From an uncultured virus (IMG/VR IMGVR_UViG_3300027708_002678) (Duplodnaviria > Heunggongvirae > Uroviricota > Caudoviricetes), in the IMG/VR virus record IMGVR_UViG_3300027708_002678: a DNA stretch of 20,000 nucleotides; one strand, written 5' to 3'. The notes beneath the pieces are model-generated. The model was given only the letters and a program-made list of their open reading frames with translations. It made no database searches and was not told the DNA's origin. Each line of letters begins with the position of its first letter. The first letter of the stretch is position 1. The position numbers and the translations under genes are program-made. Positions 1 through 10,171 of the stretch are shown piece by piece.

Positions 1-841
1 CATCGTCACTAATACCTTCTTCTCCGGTTGGTTCTTCACCACCTTCTTCATCAGGGTTAAAATCACCCATACCTTCTTCTTCAGCCCCTTCAATTTTGTC
101 AACAATCTCTTCTTTATCATCTTCGTCCATAGATTCTAAATCTAACGCCGATAAAATTGAGTTGATAACGTATTTTGAATCTTTAGAAGTCATTTCATCT
201 TTACCTTCTTCAGTTTCTTGGAACGCTCTTAATTTTTGAGCTAACTTACCTGTTAATTTTTGAATAGATTTTAAAGTAACTTCTTCATTATCATCATCTT
301 CAACATCTACATCTACATCAACATCTTCAGGAGCCGGAGCCGGTTCTTGTTCAGGTGCTGGTGCAGGTGCCGGAGATGGTGCAGGTGCCGGAGCAGGTGC
401 AGGTGCCGGAGCTGGCGCCGCTTGTTCTGATGTTTCACCACCATTCATTTTTAAAATATACTTAGTAGCCTCTTGAGGACTTTCGTAAAATAAATTAACA
501 TTCTTTTCGTTACCTTCATTAACATTAACTTCTTTAGCAACTAAATTAAGTCTTTTTAATGCTTGAGAATATGATGAATAGTATTTTCTATTTTTCATAG
601 GCTCCATATAATCAAACTCATTAGTTGATTCAGTTAAACTACACTTAAGTACATATCCACTTTTTTCTTTATCAATTTTATAAGTTTTACCATTAGCTAA
701 AACTTTAGTATATTCAGTAGATTTATCCTCATTAATTGGCGTAGGTATATTTTCTTTGTATCTAGCGATTTCCATAATACGTTGGATTTTATCCATTCCT
801 TGTAGTTTTTCGCTACCAACCGGTCTTAAATTGTTTCCCAT
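1..841 (-). CDS. Hypothetical acidic, Pro/Ala-rich phage protein (partial; runs off the window edge), probably virion-associated
   Basis: ATG at 841; open frame MGNNLRPVGSEKLQGMDKIQRIMEIARY...APAPAPAP...EDVDVDVD... to position 1. TATTTATA motif upstream (873-880). Absent from the ORF track because it is truncated. Confidence 0.8.
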   Translation of the reverse strand, partial: MGNNLRPVGSEKLQGMDKIQRIMEIARYKENIPTPINEDKSTEYTKVLANGKTYKIDKEKSGYVLKCSLTESTNEFDYMEPMKNRKYYSSYSQALKRLNLVAKEVNVNEGNEKNVNLFYESPQEATKYILKMNGGETSEQAAPAPAPAPAPAPAPSPAPAPAPEQEPAPAPEDVDVDVDVEDDDNEEVTLKSIQKLTGKLAQKLRAFQETEEGKDEMTSKDSKYVINSILSALDLESMDEDDKEEIVDKIEGAEEEGMGDFNPDEEGGEEPTGEEGISDD

Positions 842-925
842 TTTATATGTTTTTGTTTGGAATTATTTTATATATAAATATGTTCAGAATTAAAAATGTT
901 ATAATTCTGAATGGTTTATTGTTAA

Positions 926-1663
926 TTATATTGATTTTTCCTTTAAAGAAAGTTTTTTATCTTGATACTCATTTTGAAAATCAAATAGTTTTTGAATATA
1001 ACCATTTCTTCTCAAAACTTTAAATACCAAATTTTCATCAGACATTTCCCCACCATCTTCAAGACCAGCAGTTCTATATTTTTTTAATTTATCTTTAACT
1101 TTATTAATACTATCCATACCGGATTCTATTGATTTGTCATCTGAATCCTCAATTACCTCATCAATAATTTTCATCCAATGTTTAGATTTATTTTGAATAA
1201 GTTCCGTATCAATTTCAACGTCTTCTTTTTTAGGTTTGGTTTTCCACTCATCAAATAAAACAGAATACTCACCACTACTAAAATGTGCCTCAACATCATT
1301 TTGAACATAAAGTTCCACATCATAACCATAGATTTTGATATTGTGTTTGTCGTTAAATAAAGCTTTTTTTAATTTGAAAAGTTCTTCATATAATGGAAGT
1401 TCTTTTTCTGAGAATTGGTCAAAGTCCGCAATTAAGTGTAAATCAACATCGGAATATTGTGACCAATTGTAATTGGCTAACGAACCTGTCATAACAACAT
1501 CTGATATTACAACATCAACACCTAAAAATTCAATGAACTCGTATGCGATTTGTAATAGACGTTCTCTAACCTTAGAAGACATTTTATCAGACGATTCCCA
1601 AATCTTTGGATTTAGTTCGTCCTGTAAATGAAAACTAGATAATATACTTTTTAGATTACTCAT
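926..1663 (-). CDS. DNA polymerase beta-superfamily nucleotidyltransferase
   Basis: hG[S]-x-DxD motif 'VMTGSLANYNWSQYSDVDLHL' and a downstream acidic strand 'YDVELYVQ'. Confidence 0.8.
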   Translation of the reverse strand: MSNLKSILSSFHLQDELNPKIWESSDKMSSKVRERLLQIAYEFIEFLGVDVVISDVVMTGSLANYNWSQYSDVDLHLIADFDQFSEKELPLYEELFKLKKALFNDKHNIKIYGYDVELYVQNDVEAHFSSGEYSVLFDEWKTKPKKEDVEIDTELIQNKSKHWMKIIDEVIEDSDDKSIESGMDSINKVKDKLKKYRTAGLEDGGEMSDENLVFKVLRRNGYIQKLFDFQNEYQDKKLSLKEKSI

Positions 1664-1693
1664 TAACTATAAATACTTAAATATCTATAATTG

Positions 1694-1936
1694 TTAGATT
1701 TTTTTGTGTTTGTAAGTTTTAACTATTTTTGACGAAAAGAATTTCCCTTGAGATTCCGCCATTCTGAATTGAGTATATACTTGGTGTGGAACTTCATCAT
1801 ATTCATATAATGAACCATTATTGAATTCTACGACTAACTTTTTAGTTTCGGTGTCGTATTCTGTTTTCTTAACATTTGACGATTGGATTTCATTAATAAT
1901 CTTCGTCCCTTGAATTGTTTCTTTTAATATTGCCAT
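1694..1936 (-). CDS. KTSC-domain protein
   Basis: 'SSNVKKTEYDTETKKLVVEFNNGSLYEYDEVP...F..AESQGKFF..KI' fits the KTSC pattern. Confidence 0.85.
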   Translation of the reverse strand: MAILKETIQGTKIINEIQSSNVKKTEYDTETKKLVVEFNNGSLYEYDEVPHQVYTQFRMAESQGKFFSSKIVKTYKHKKI

Positions 1937-2234
1937 CTTTTAAAGGTATTTCTAAATCTATTTGTTTTAATTTACTCATAATATAATTAGTAAGCTCTTC
2001 ATTGTCAATATTCCCAAAATAAGATATTAATTCACTTTTTAAATCATTAATTAAATTTCCCAGTTTATGGTATCCATTCATAATATCCTGTGGATAATAT
2101 GGTGGTTTCTTCAAATCTTCTTCACCCCAACCCTCTCTATTAAATGCGTGACGAAGTTTTCTATAAAGATTAGCCAATTCAGATTCCGGATGAATCGTGT
2201 CCATATATTTTTTCCAAGCAGCTTTCTTTTCCAT
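1893..2234 (-). CDS. Hypothetical protein
   Basis: 113-aa ORF with the TATTTATA motif 3 nt upstream of its ATG; overlaps the KTSC gene start. Confidence 0.6.
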   Translation of the reverse strand: MEKKAAWKKYMDTIHPESELANLYRKLRHAFNREGWGEEDLKKPPYYPQDIMNGYHKLGNLINDLKSELISYFGNIDNEELTNYIMSKLKQIDLEIPLKDGNIKRNNSRDEDY

Positions 2235-2259
2235 ATTTATAAATATAATTTAAATTTGT

Positions 2260-2290
2260 TTTGTCCATCCAAATATTTGTATTACTTTTG
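2260..2290 (+). promoter_or_regulatory. Bacteroidota-type primary-sigma promoter for clpC
   Basis: TTTG (2260-2263), 19-nt spacer, TACTTTTG (2283-2290) matches the -33/-7 consensus TTTG-N19-21-TAnnTTTG. Confidence 0.65.
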
Positions 2291-2345
2291 TCGAACCATT
2301 TGAAATAATGGAATTAACCCTTATACTTAAATAAAACAATTAATT

Positions 2346-4391
2346 ATGATAGAATCTATGGATGGTGGAAGTAATAGTGGAAATAAAGCAGTTAAGACTG
2401 ACTCATCAACACCCGTATTAGACAATTTTAGTAGAGATTTAATTAAACTTGCCGAAGAGGGTAAACTTGACCCTGTAATTGGTAGAGAAAGAGAAATCAC
2501 ACGAATCGCCCAAATCCTTTCACGTAGAAAAAAAAATAACCCAATTATCATTGGAGAACCTGGTTGTGGTAAAACCGCAATCGTTGAAGGTCTTGCCATT
2601 ATGATTTATAATGGGGAATGTCCAAGAAACTTAATGGACAAACGTATCGTATCATTAGATATGACATCAATTGTTGCCGGAACCAAATATCGTGGACAAT
2701 TCGAAGAAAGAATGAAAGTTATTATTGAAGAACTTCAGAACGCACCGAACATCATTGTATTCATTGATGAAATCCACACAATCGTAGGTGCAGGAAATTC
2801 GTCAGGTTCAATGGACGCATCAAACATCTTTAAACCGGCACTTGCCCGTGGCGAGATTCAATGTGTTGGAGCAACAACCTTAGATGAATACCGAAAAAAC
2901 TTTGAGAAAGATGGAGCGTTAGAGAGACGTTTCCAAAAAGTTGTGGTGGATTCGGCGACCAAAGAAGAAACTTTGGAAATCCTTAAAAACGTAAAAGATA
3001 AATACGAGAACTTCCATAAGGTAACTTATACGGATGAAGTATTGTCAGTATGTGTTGATTTAGCGGACCGTTACATCACCGATAGAGAATTTCCGGATAA
3101 AGGGTTTGACATCATTGATGAGGTTGGAGCAAGAAGTCAAGTTGAAATTAAAATGCCAGAATCAATTGAGAAGTTAAAACAACAAGCCGCAGACATCAAA
3201 CAAGAAAAAGTGGATGTTGTAAAACAACAACGATATGAGGAGGCAGCAAATCTTCGTGATAAAGAAAAACGCATCTTAACCAAACTTGAAGTTGAAAAGA
3301 AAAAGTTTGAGGAAGAACTTCTTTCACACAAAAAAGAAATCAGTTTGGATTTAGTTTATGAGGTGGTTTCCAATATGACCAAAATTCCGGTAACCAAATT
3401 AAACGCAGACGAAACCAAATTATTATCTGATATGGAGACAAACCTATCCGATAAAGTTATTGGACAATCTGAAGCCGTTTCAAAAATTGCAAAATCAATT
3501 CGTAGAAACAGAATCGGAATCAAGGACCCAAACAAACCAATCGGTTCATTCATCTTCTTAGGGTCAACAGGTGTTGGTAAAACATACTTGGCAAAACAAC
3601 TAGCGAAACAAATGTTCGGTAGCGAAGATAATATGATTCGTGTGGATATGTCCGAGTATCAAGAAAAACACACCATTTCAAGATTAATTGGAGCACCTCC
3701 GGGATACGTTGGATACGATGAAGGTGGACAATTAACCGAACAAGTGAAAAACAAACCTTATTCTGTAATTCTATTTGATGAGATTGAGAAAGCCAATAAA
3801 GATATTTTTGGAACTCTTCTTCAAGTATTAGACGATGGTCACCTTACCGATGGTATGGGGAGAAAGATTAACTTCAAAAATTGTGTCATCATTATGACAT
3901 CAAACGTGGGTGTTAAAAAATTACAGGATTTTGGTTCAGGTGTTGGTTTCAAAACTGGTAATAGTTCTTACGCTGAAGAAGAGTACAAACGTGAGGTTCT
4001 TAAAAAAGAACTTAAAAAATTCTTTACACCTGAATTCTTAAACAGAATTGATGAGGTCGTTATCTTCAACTCTTTGGTTAAAGAAGATGTTAAGAAAATT
4101 GTGACTTTGGAGTTGGATAAATTATCTAAAAGATTGGTTGGATTAAAATATAACATCACATTTGATGAAACTATTTTAGAATTAATTTCTGAAGTTGGAT
4201 TTGACGAAACCTATGGGGCTCGACCAATCAAAAGAGCAATCCAAGATAAGATTGAGGATTTTGTATCCGAAGAGATTATCAAAGGAAATATGGTGGAGGG
4301 TGTTCCATACACCCTTATAACCGTAGATAAAGAAGTGGTGGTTAAATCAGAACCTGTTAAAAAAACAAGAAAGAAAAAAGAGGATAATTAG
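2346..4391 (+). CDS. clpC: ClpC-type AAA+ Clp protease ATPase lacking the N-terminal Clp-repeat domain
   Basis: Two AAA modules ([16 protein letters not shown] and [16 protein letters not shown]), UVR-like middle coiled coil ([12 protein letters not shown]), GYVG pore loop, VGF ClpP-docking loop. Confidence 0.9.
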   Translation: MIESMDGGSNSGNKAVKTDSSTPVLDNFSRDLIKLAEEGKLDPVIGREREITRIAQILSRRKKNNPIIIGEPGCGKTAIVEGLAIMIYNGECPRNLMDKRIVSLDMTSIVAGTKYRGQFEERMKVIIEELQNAPNIIVFIDEIHTIVGAGNSSGSMDASNIFKPALARGEIQCVGATTLDEYRKNFEKDGALERRFQKVVVDSATKEETLEILKNVKDKYENFHKVTYTDEVLSVCVDLADRYITDREFPDKGFDIIDEVGARSQVEIKMPESIEKLKQQAADIKQEKVDVVKQQRYEEAANLRDKEKRILTKLEVEKKKFEEELLSHKKEISLDLVYEVVSNMTKIPVTKLNADETKLLSDMETNLSDKVIGQSEAVSKIAKSIRRNRIGIKDPNKPIGSFIFLGSTGVGKTYLAKQLAKQMFGSEDNMIRVDMSEYQEKHTISRLIGAPPGYVGYDEGGQLTEQVKNKPYSVILFDEIEKANKDIFGTLLQVLDDGHLTDGMGRKINFKNCVIIMTSNVGVKKLQDFGSGVGFKTGNSSYAEEEYKREVLKKELKKFFTPEFLNRIDEVVIFNSLVKEDVKKIVTLELDKLSKRLVGLKYNITFDETILELISEVGFDETYGARPIKRAIQDKIEDFVSEEIIKGNMVEGVPYTLITVDKEVVVKSEPVKKTRKKKEDN

Positions 4392-4404
4392 TCCTCTTTT
4401 TTTT
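4374..4404 (+). terminator. Intrinsic terminator of clpC
   Basis: AAAAAAGAGGA-TAATTAG-TCCTCTTTTTTTT hairpin spanning the stop codon. Confidence 0.65.
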
Positions 4405-4420
4405 GTTCTAAAAATATAAG

Positions 4421-4446
4421 AAAAAAAAAGAGACCGAAGTCTCTTA
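4421..4446 (-). terminator. Intrinsic terminator (same hairpin at 7845-7871)
   Basis: Minus strand TAAGAGAC-TTCG-GTCTC-T9. Confidence 0.8.
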
Positions 4447-5022
4447 ATATTTTATTTTTTTTCTACAATCATTACAAATCCACAATAATTCATTTTTTAC
4501 TTGGGAACCTTTTCCTTTAGCATCATTCATTAAACATTTAATATTTGTTTCACAATGAGGTATTCCTAAAGTATGTCCAATTTCGTGAACCACAACTTTA
4601 ACCATTTCATCAGAATGATTTTTACCTAATCTTTTAACTGATACAACACAAGGTTTACCACTCATAAGACCTAAACCAAAAATACCCCAATTATGATATA
4701 ATTTACCGTTTAGTTCTCTATCGGTAGAAATATCAACATCTGTTAAACCTAATACTTTACCATCACAATTTGAATACTTTGACTCTAAATAATTAAGTAT
4801 TTGGTCTGCGTTATATTTTTTTAGACCATTAACTTTTGTTGATTTAGGAACCTTAATACGGTTTAATACTACAACATTAAAAGAATAAAATTTGTTTAAT
4901 TCTTTTGAGCTCAATTCAACATCATCATTTGAGATGTTTCCCATAGGGACCAAATATATTGTTGGTTTACGTGTGGTAAATCCAAACAATAAAAATACGG
5001 ATATTAATAATATTTTTTTCAT
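4444..5022 (-). CDS. Archaemetzincin-like (M54) zinc metalloprotease with a hydrophobic N-terminus
   Basis: HEIGHTLGIPHC zinc motif, CLM Met-turn, C-terminal CxxC; signal-like MKKILLISVFLLFGF. Confidence 0.85.
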   Translation of the reverse strand: MKKILLISVFLLFGFTTRKPTIYLVPMGNISNDDVELSSKELNKFYSFNVVVLNRIKVPKSTKVNGLKKYNADQILNYLESKYSNCDGKVLGLTDVDISTDRELNGKLYHNWGIFGLGLMSGKPCVVSVKRLGKNHSDEMVKVVVHEIGHTLGIPHCETNIKCLMNDAKGKGSQVKNELLWICNDCRKKIKY

Positions 5023-5045
5023 ATCACAAAGATACGAAAAAAAAA

Positions 5046-6281
5046 TTAAGCAACCTCTTCTATTTTAGGTAACATTTGACCTAAAGATTCAAGATTAGGA
5101 CATTGTTGTGAATCTTCACCCATTGCTTTGAAGAATTTATCATTTTGAACTAAATAATTATTTTGAGTTTCACCAATAATAAAAACTAACGCACCGACTG
5201 CATATGGTCTTGCAATTTTTAAAAAGTCTTCAGGAAGATTAATACAACCATATGATTTGTTAAATTTAGAAGTACCTAAATATTGTTCAACAGTTTTTAT
5301 AAATGAATCCGGAATACTTTCAGATTTTGGTGATGCACTACTACCCATAGCTTTTTTAAGTTCTCGCATTGCTTTTACTCTTGGAGCTTCATTATAAAAT
5401 CCGTGAATAGCGTTTGCTAAACTTTCGCCGTCTAAAGTTGTTACATTAAAGATATTATTATCACCACCAACATAATCCTCATCAGTTTTTAACGCATTAA
5501 TAGAATAAATTCCTTTAGGAAAAAATCTTGATTTATTTTTATTTATATAATCGTAAATTAATTCCTTATCATATTTTTTACCACCACCAGTTTTATCTTT
5601 ATATTCTTGTGATTTCACATCATATTTAAAACCCGCAGCATTGGCATATTCGTCCCAAGACCATAATGCTTTAGCTATTGATTTAGCGTCTTGAGATTGA
5701 GCATTTAACCCATCTATCGTATATGATTTAGCAACAAAATCGCCTTTTTTGTTAAACAAATAAATGTTATTATCTCTTGTATCAATAACGAAAAAATTTC
5801 TATTACTAAATTTAGGTCGTATACCAACATATGAAATTTCACAAGCACTTCTTACAGGAACACCATTAGAAATTAATTCTCCACCAACTTTTTGATATTG
5901 ACTCATTTTTGTCAAATCAACCCCTTTAGTACTAGGTATTGAAGGACAAAAATTTTGAGATGTTTTATCATCTTTTTTAATTGGTGTTTCAGGTTTTTTA
6001 ATTTGCATAGTCTTATCACCAATAACTTGTTTAATACTAGTTATTGATTTATGATTTTTAGCCTCTTTCCAATTAGGGTACTTGTCACCATATTTTGTAT
6101 TTTCTTTACCTTTAAAATAATATTTACCATTTTCAAATTTATAATCATACGCATTATCGTGGTCAGTAACTATAATTGGAGACACACCTTGTTCACTTAA
6201 ATAGTGACGTTTAGTTGCACTTTCGTGAAGATTTAATATTCTATTTTTTTCTTCTTCGTTAATTATAAATAAATTTTTCAT
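5046..6281 (-). CDS. Probable virion protein with a C-terminal L,D-transpeptidase (YkuD)-like domain
   Basis: Start re-assigned to ATG 6281 (MKNLFIINEEEKNRILNLHESATKR), just after the upstream stop. Motifs FFVID..., PKGIYSI, AIHG...SYGCINL. Confidence 0.7.
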   Translation of the reverse strand: MKNLFIINEEEKNRILNLHESATKRHYLSEQGVSPIIVTDHDNAYDYKFENGKYYFKGKENTKYGDKYPNWKEAKNHKSITSIKQVIGDKTMQIKKPETPIKKDDKTSQNFCPSIPSTKGVDLTKMSQYQKVGGELISNGVPVRSACEISYVGIRPKFSNRNFFVIDTRDNNIYLFNKKGDFVAKSYTIDGLNAQSQDAKSIAKALWSWDEYANAAGFKYDVKSQEYKDKTGGGKKYDKELIYDYINKNKSRFFPKGIYSINALKTDEDYVGGDNNIFNVTTLDGESLANAIHGFYNEAPRVKAMRELKKAMGSSASPKSESIPDSFIKTVEQYLGTSKFNKSYGCINLPEDFLKIARPYAVGALVFIIGETQNNYLVQNDKFFKAMGEDSQQCPNLESLGQMLPKIEEVA

Positions 6282-6282
6282 A

Positions 6283-7101
6283 TTATTTCGGAGTTGTTGG
6301 GGTATAACCCTTAAATTCAGGGAATGATTTAGCTTTGAACTGTGAACCCGCAGCTGTCGGTGCTCCCGCAGTTGGTGGATTAGTTCCAGCACCCGGTTGC
6401 CCTATTAAATCATTGATATCGATTTCAGAATATCCTGAACCTCCACCAGCAGCTACACCACTATTTTCTGTACCGGTTTTTTGACCTCCGGTATTAGCAC
6501 CTGTAGTTTGAGCACCTGTTGATGCACCTTGAACACCAGTTTCAGCGGTTTTCTTAATTGCTGCCGATGACGCGTCGGTAGTATTGTTGGTTGGTTGAGT
6601 TGTAGTAGTTGTTGTGGTTGCGTTTGTATCTGTTTTTGGTAAATTTTGTAATGACGATAAAATACTTGCAGATGTTTTAGGTCCATATTTACCATCCGGA
6701 GTTAATCCGGCTTGAGATTTTGTATTTAATAAAGTTTGTAATTCAACAATTGAAGGGTATTTAACCCCTATTTTAATAGGTGTCACTGGTGGTGGTGGTG
6801 TTGTTGCTGCCGGTGGAGTAGTTCCTGCAGCTGTTGGTGGAGTAGTTCCTGCTGCTGTTGGTGGAGTAGTTCCTGTGTTAGCACCTGTAACACCACCAAT
6901 TTCTACACCAGGTTTAGACCCACCAATCGTATTTAGAGATTGTTTAATAGCATCAACCACTTTTGGGTCTAAATTTCCATAATTCCCTGAGTCAATGTTT
7001 CCAGCAATAGTTTTAACATCCTGTTCAGAAATAACAATACCTCTTTTATACCCCAAAAGGTATTTCATATTTTCAATTTCTTTTAATATATTTTTTTTCA
7101 T
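6283..7101 (-). CDS. Low-complexity Thr/Pro/Gly-rich protein with a peptidoglycan-binding (PG_binding_1-like) domain
   Basis: 'IKIGVKYPSIVELQTLLN...LTPDGKYGPKT'; TTPPTAAG repeats. Confidence 0.7.
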   Translation of the reverse strand: MKKNILKEIENMKYLLGYKRGIVISEQDVKTIAGNIDSGNYGNLDPKVVDAIKQSLNTIGGSKPGVEIGGVTGANTGTTPPTAAGTTPPTAAGTTPPAATTPPPPVTPIKIGVKYPSIVELQTLLNTKSQAGLTPDGKYGPKTSASILSSLQNLPKTDTNATTTTTTTQPTNNTTDASSAAIKKTAETGVQGASTGAQTTGANTGGQKTGTENSGVAAGGGSGYSEIDINDLIGQPGAGTNPPTAGAPTAAGSQFKAKSFPEFKGYTPTTPK

Positions 7102-7817
7102 TATCTTGGTCTATTTGCGTTTGCTTGTAATTGTTTTATTGCATCATTAAGTTGGTCTGAAGTCATACCAACTTGTTGTTGTGCTTGAGCGATACCTCCA
7201 GCGGGTGTTCCTGTTGTTGGAGTTGTTGTCCCAGCAGCAGCTGCTGGTGGTGTTGTAACCTCTGATTTAGGAGTATCTTGTGGTTTACCATTTAATTTTT
7301 CATTAATTTTTTGTAACAAACCGGAATCCATAATACCTGTTTCAGGTAAACCTAAGAATTTTTGAATAGCCTTAGTATTTTCAGTTGTTTTAGCAACAAT
7401 TTGTTGTTTATATTGTTGTAATTTTTTTGCCTTGTCATCAGTTGTTACCGCAGTTTTAAATTCAGGGTCATTACAAGAATATTTTTCAGATTTATTATTG
7501 GCAACAGGTTGTTTACGTTTATAACCATTATTATAATACACATAACCTTTTATTATATATGCTGTCGACCCGTCTGATAATTTAGTTGGTTTAACCCCTT
7601 GACTAGGGACACACGAATATATTCCTTCCCAATTTTTTTCTCTAGCAAGACCATCTTTCTTACCAGCACCTGCTTGAGCATTAAATCCAAGTGGATTATT
7701 TGGTATTGCTCCAAATGGTGAAGTTTGTTCATTCAAATATTGACGTTTTGTTGCACTCTCGTGAATATTTAAAATTCTATTTTTTTCTTCTTCGTCTAAG
7801 AAATATAATTTTTTCAT
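7101..7817 (-). CDS. Probable virion protein with EEKNRIL leader and a possible PG-binding-like segment
   Basis: N-terminus MKKLYFLDEEEKNRILNIHESATKR; 'AIQKFLGLPETGIMD'; TATTTATA upstream (7831-7838). Confidence 0.65.
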   Translation of the reverse strand: MKKLYFLDEEEKNRILNIHESATKRQYLNEQTSPFGAIPNNPLGFNAQAGAGKKDGLAREKNWEGIYSCVPSQGVKPTKLSDGSTAYIIKGYVYYNNGYKRKQPVANNKSEKYSCNDPEFKTAVTTDDKAKKLQQYKQQIVAKTTENTKAIQKFLGLPETGIMDSGLLQKINEKLNGKPQDTPKSEVTTPPAAAAGTTTPTTGTPAGGIAQAQQQVGMTSDQLNDAIKQLQANANRPR

Positions 7818-7844
7818 AAAATATTTTATTTATAAATATCATAT

Positions 7845-7871
7845 AAAAAAAAAAGAGACCGAAGTCTCTTA
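7845..7871 (-). terminator. Intrinsic terminator (same hairpin as 4421-4446)
   Basis: Minus strand TAAGAGAC-TTCG-GTCTC-T10. Confidence 0.8.
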
Positions 7872-8690
7872 GAATAAATTTTTAAATTTTGGTTCTGATT
7901 TATATTGGTATTTCTGATATCCCAATCCTTCAATCATTTTTTTACCAGTTTCAATTCCATTATAAACATCCTCAACTACAACATATTCATTTCTTGTGTG
8001 ATAGTCGTAATAACCTATTGCAAAATTGATACAGGCAAAATCAAAAGTATTCTTTAATGCGTAAACATCGGTATAAGGGTTTGAGAAGTATTCTTGTTCC
8101 CCATTGAAACTCTCGTTTAACACATTATTACAAGTCTCAAAGAACTCACTATCTCTTTCAAATAATCTTGTTCCCATACAAACTTCAGTAACCATTCTAT
8201 TACCCGGAGCGTCAAACTGAATCCCATAACCAACATTCATAAAGAAGTTTGGGTCGGCTTTTTTAGACCCGTGACATCCGGTTTCTTCTGATACGAAAAA
8301 TGCTGCTTTCAGATTTGGTAATTCTTTTAATAATTCCAAACACGCATAAACACCACATTTATCATCACCACCAATTCCGGTTGGTTCATCAAAATCGTTA
8401 TAAGCCTTTAAAGCCGGTTTAATTTCATACTGACTATTCTGTAACATTTCCTCACGAATATTGATTGAGTCAATACTATGAACTGTATCAGTGTGAGCTA
8501 TTACGCAAGGGAAGTAATCGACAAATTCATCCGTTTGTTTAACAGCGTAAATATTGTAATGTTCATCCACATTGAAGGGAATCCCATTTTCTTCTAACCA
8601 ATTGGTTATAAATTCAACCATAAGGTCTTCTTGATAAGTTTTTGTCGGAATTGACAAAACCTCTTTTAATAATTCGTAATTTCTTTCCAT
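7869..8690 (-). CDS. M20/M28-family zinc peptidase
   Basis: Metal-ligand motifs AHTDTV, GGDDKCG, SEETG, QFD and a C-terminal YH. Confidence 0.85.
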   Translation of the reverse strand: MERNYELLKEVLSIPTKTYQEDLMVEFITNWLEENGIPFNVDEHYNIYAVKQTDEFVDYFPCVIAHTDTVHSIDSINIREEMLQNSQYEIKPALKAYNDFDEPTGIGGDDKCGVYACLELLKELPNLKAAFFVSEETGCHGSKKADPNFFMNVGYGIQFDAPGNRMVTEVCMGTRLFERDSEFFETCNNVLNESFNGEQEYFSNPYTDVYALKNTFDFACINFAIGYYDYHTRNEYVVVEDVYNGIETGKKMIEGLGYQKYQYKSEPKFKNLF

Positions 8691-8732
8691 AGAGCAAATA
8701 TAGGAAAAATAATTTGAATATTAACTATTATT

Positions 8733-10094
8733 TTAATTTATTCTAATAAACCCTTCAAATAACTCAGGTGAAACTAAAAAATTATTAAATTCTTCTTCAG
8801 TATAACTTCTATCTTCTATTCCCACACTACCGTCTTTTTTAAACACCTGAACAAGTATTCTATTATTTTTTGGGTTAATTCCTCTATAGAAAAATTCTCT
8901 TCCGGATTTAGTTGTATATCTGTTATTAATTTTAAATTTAGAATCAAGTCGTTTATATAATTCACCATACTCGTAGATATCGACATATTGAGATTCGTCC
9001 TCAAGTTTATCAATAATTTTATCCAAGTATCTTGAACATTCGGAATCAAAATATTCTTGGTCAAAATCCACAGCATCTATTTCATAAATATAATCACCCC
9101 ATCCAGTAATCTCCATATCTGAACCAATTCTAAACAATAATTCACTTATAGTTAATGTTTTATCTCCCATTGTATCGTATAGAGATAATAACATCCCAAC
9201 ACTTGTAAAATATTCTCTAAAACAATGTTTTGTAAAAATTCCGTAATTGTAGAATGGGTTACAAAAATCGTCTTTTATCATTTGGTTAAACCCTCTGGTT
9301 TTAGATTCATTTGTTTGTGAAGTATACTCGTAAATCATTGACTCTACCTCATTCCCAAACATATTAAGTAATTTTTGACCTGCTTCCGATTTTTGGTCAT
9401 CAGTATCTAATGGAACTGACTGTGGAGAAATGATTGAAAGAATTTGTTTTACCTTTGTAAGGTTTTCTTCATTAAATTGATTAAAAAAATATCCATCCTT
9501 AAAATCTTGGGTTGCCTGATAATCATCTTCCCACTCATAGGTATCGTAGTTCCCGGTAATAGCGTTGTAATACCACATATCATCATCACTAGGATTGAAT
9601 AACTTAATATAGTCATCCTCGTCAAAACTTAAATCTATTTTACTTTTGAACGGAGCTTTTGGTGTGTATTTAAAATCGTAAATAGCATCGTCAGCATTCT
9701 CTAACTCACGACTACTAACTTGTTCACCCTTGGCAATTTTAGTTAATAACTTATACGTTTCACCAACACCAATAATATCATCAACAACTGATTTAACCTC
9801 ATCGGGAAAATTATACAGAATATCATTTTTTGGACGAGCAGTACCATAGGTATTATAATATTCAATCTTACCATCCTCTTTATGAATCGTATAAGTAACC
9901 AAACCATTATTTAATTGGAGATTTTTATCTATAATAAAGTAAGTATCCCCCTCTCTAAATTGATTCCAACTACCTTTAAATTTTTCCGGAGCGTAATACA
10001 CAAAGGCATCATAGTCCAATGGGTCTACAACCAACCAATCGTCATTGTCTAATAATATGTTTTTCATTCCGTGAAAGCTCTTTGTATCAGGCAT
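8733..10094 (-). CDS. Hypothetical acidic phage protein
   Basis: 453-aa ORF; TATTTATT motif upstream (10111-10118); no recognised catalytic motif. Confidence 0.75.
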   Translation of the reverse strand: MPDTKSFHGMKNILLDNDDWLVVDPLDYDAFVYYAPEKFKGSWNQFREGDTYFIIDKNLQLNNGLVTYTIHKEDGKIEYYNTYGTARPKNDILYNFPDEVKSVVDDIIGVGETYKLLTKIAKGEQVSSRELENADDAIYDFKYTPKAPFKSKIDLSFDEDDYIKLFNPSDDDMWYYNAITGNYDTYEWEDDYQATQDFKDGYFFNQFNEENLTKVKQILSIISPQSVPLDTDDQKSEAGQKLLNMFGNEVESMIYEYTSQTNESKTRGFNQMIKDDFCNPFYNYGIFTKHCFREYFTSVGMLLSLYDTMGDKTLTISELLFRIGSDMEITGWGDYIYEIDAVDFDQEYFDSECSRYLDKIIDKLEDESQYVDIYEYGELYKRLDSKFKINNRYTTKSGREFFYRGINPKNNRILVQVFKKDGSVGIEDRSYTEEEFNNFLVSPELFEGFIRIN

Positions 10095-10126
10095 TGATAT
10101 TTATTTTAATAATAAATATAATTTTA

Positions 10127-10157
10127 TTTGGATTTATCCAAAAATGTATTATCTTTG
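10127..10157 (+). promoter_or_regulatory. Bacteroidota-type promoter for the tmRNA
   Basis: TTTG (10127-10130), 19 nt, TATCTTTG (10150-10157), 14 nt before the tmRNA 5' end. Confidence 0.75.
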
Positions 10158-10171
10158 TGGTATCAAAATAT

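Noticed and set aside
2067..4159. Short ORFs antisense to clpC and to 1893..2234
   Set aside because: Shadow frames of well-supported genes
6282..6392. N-terminal extension of ORF 5046..6392 in the ORF track
   Set aside because: Overlaps the upstream gene; the shared leader motif places the start at 6281
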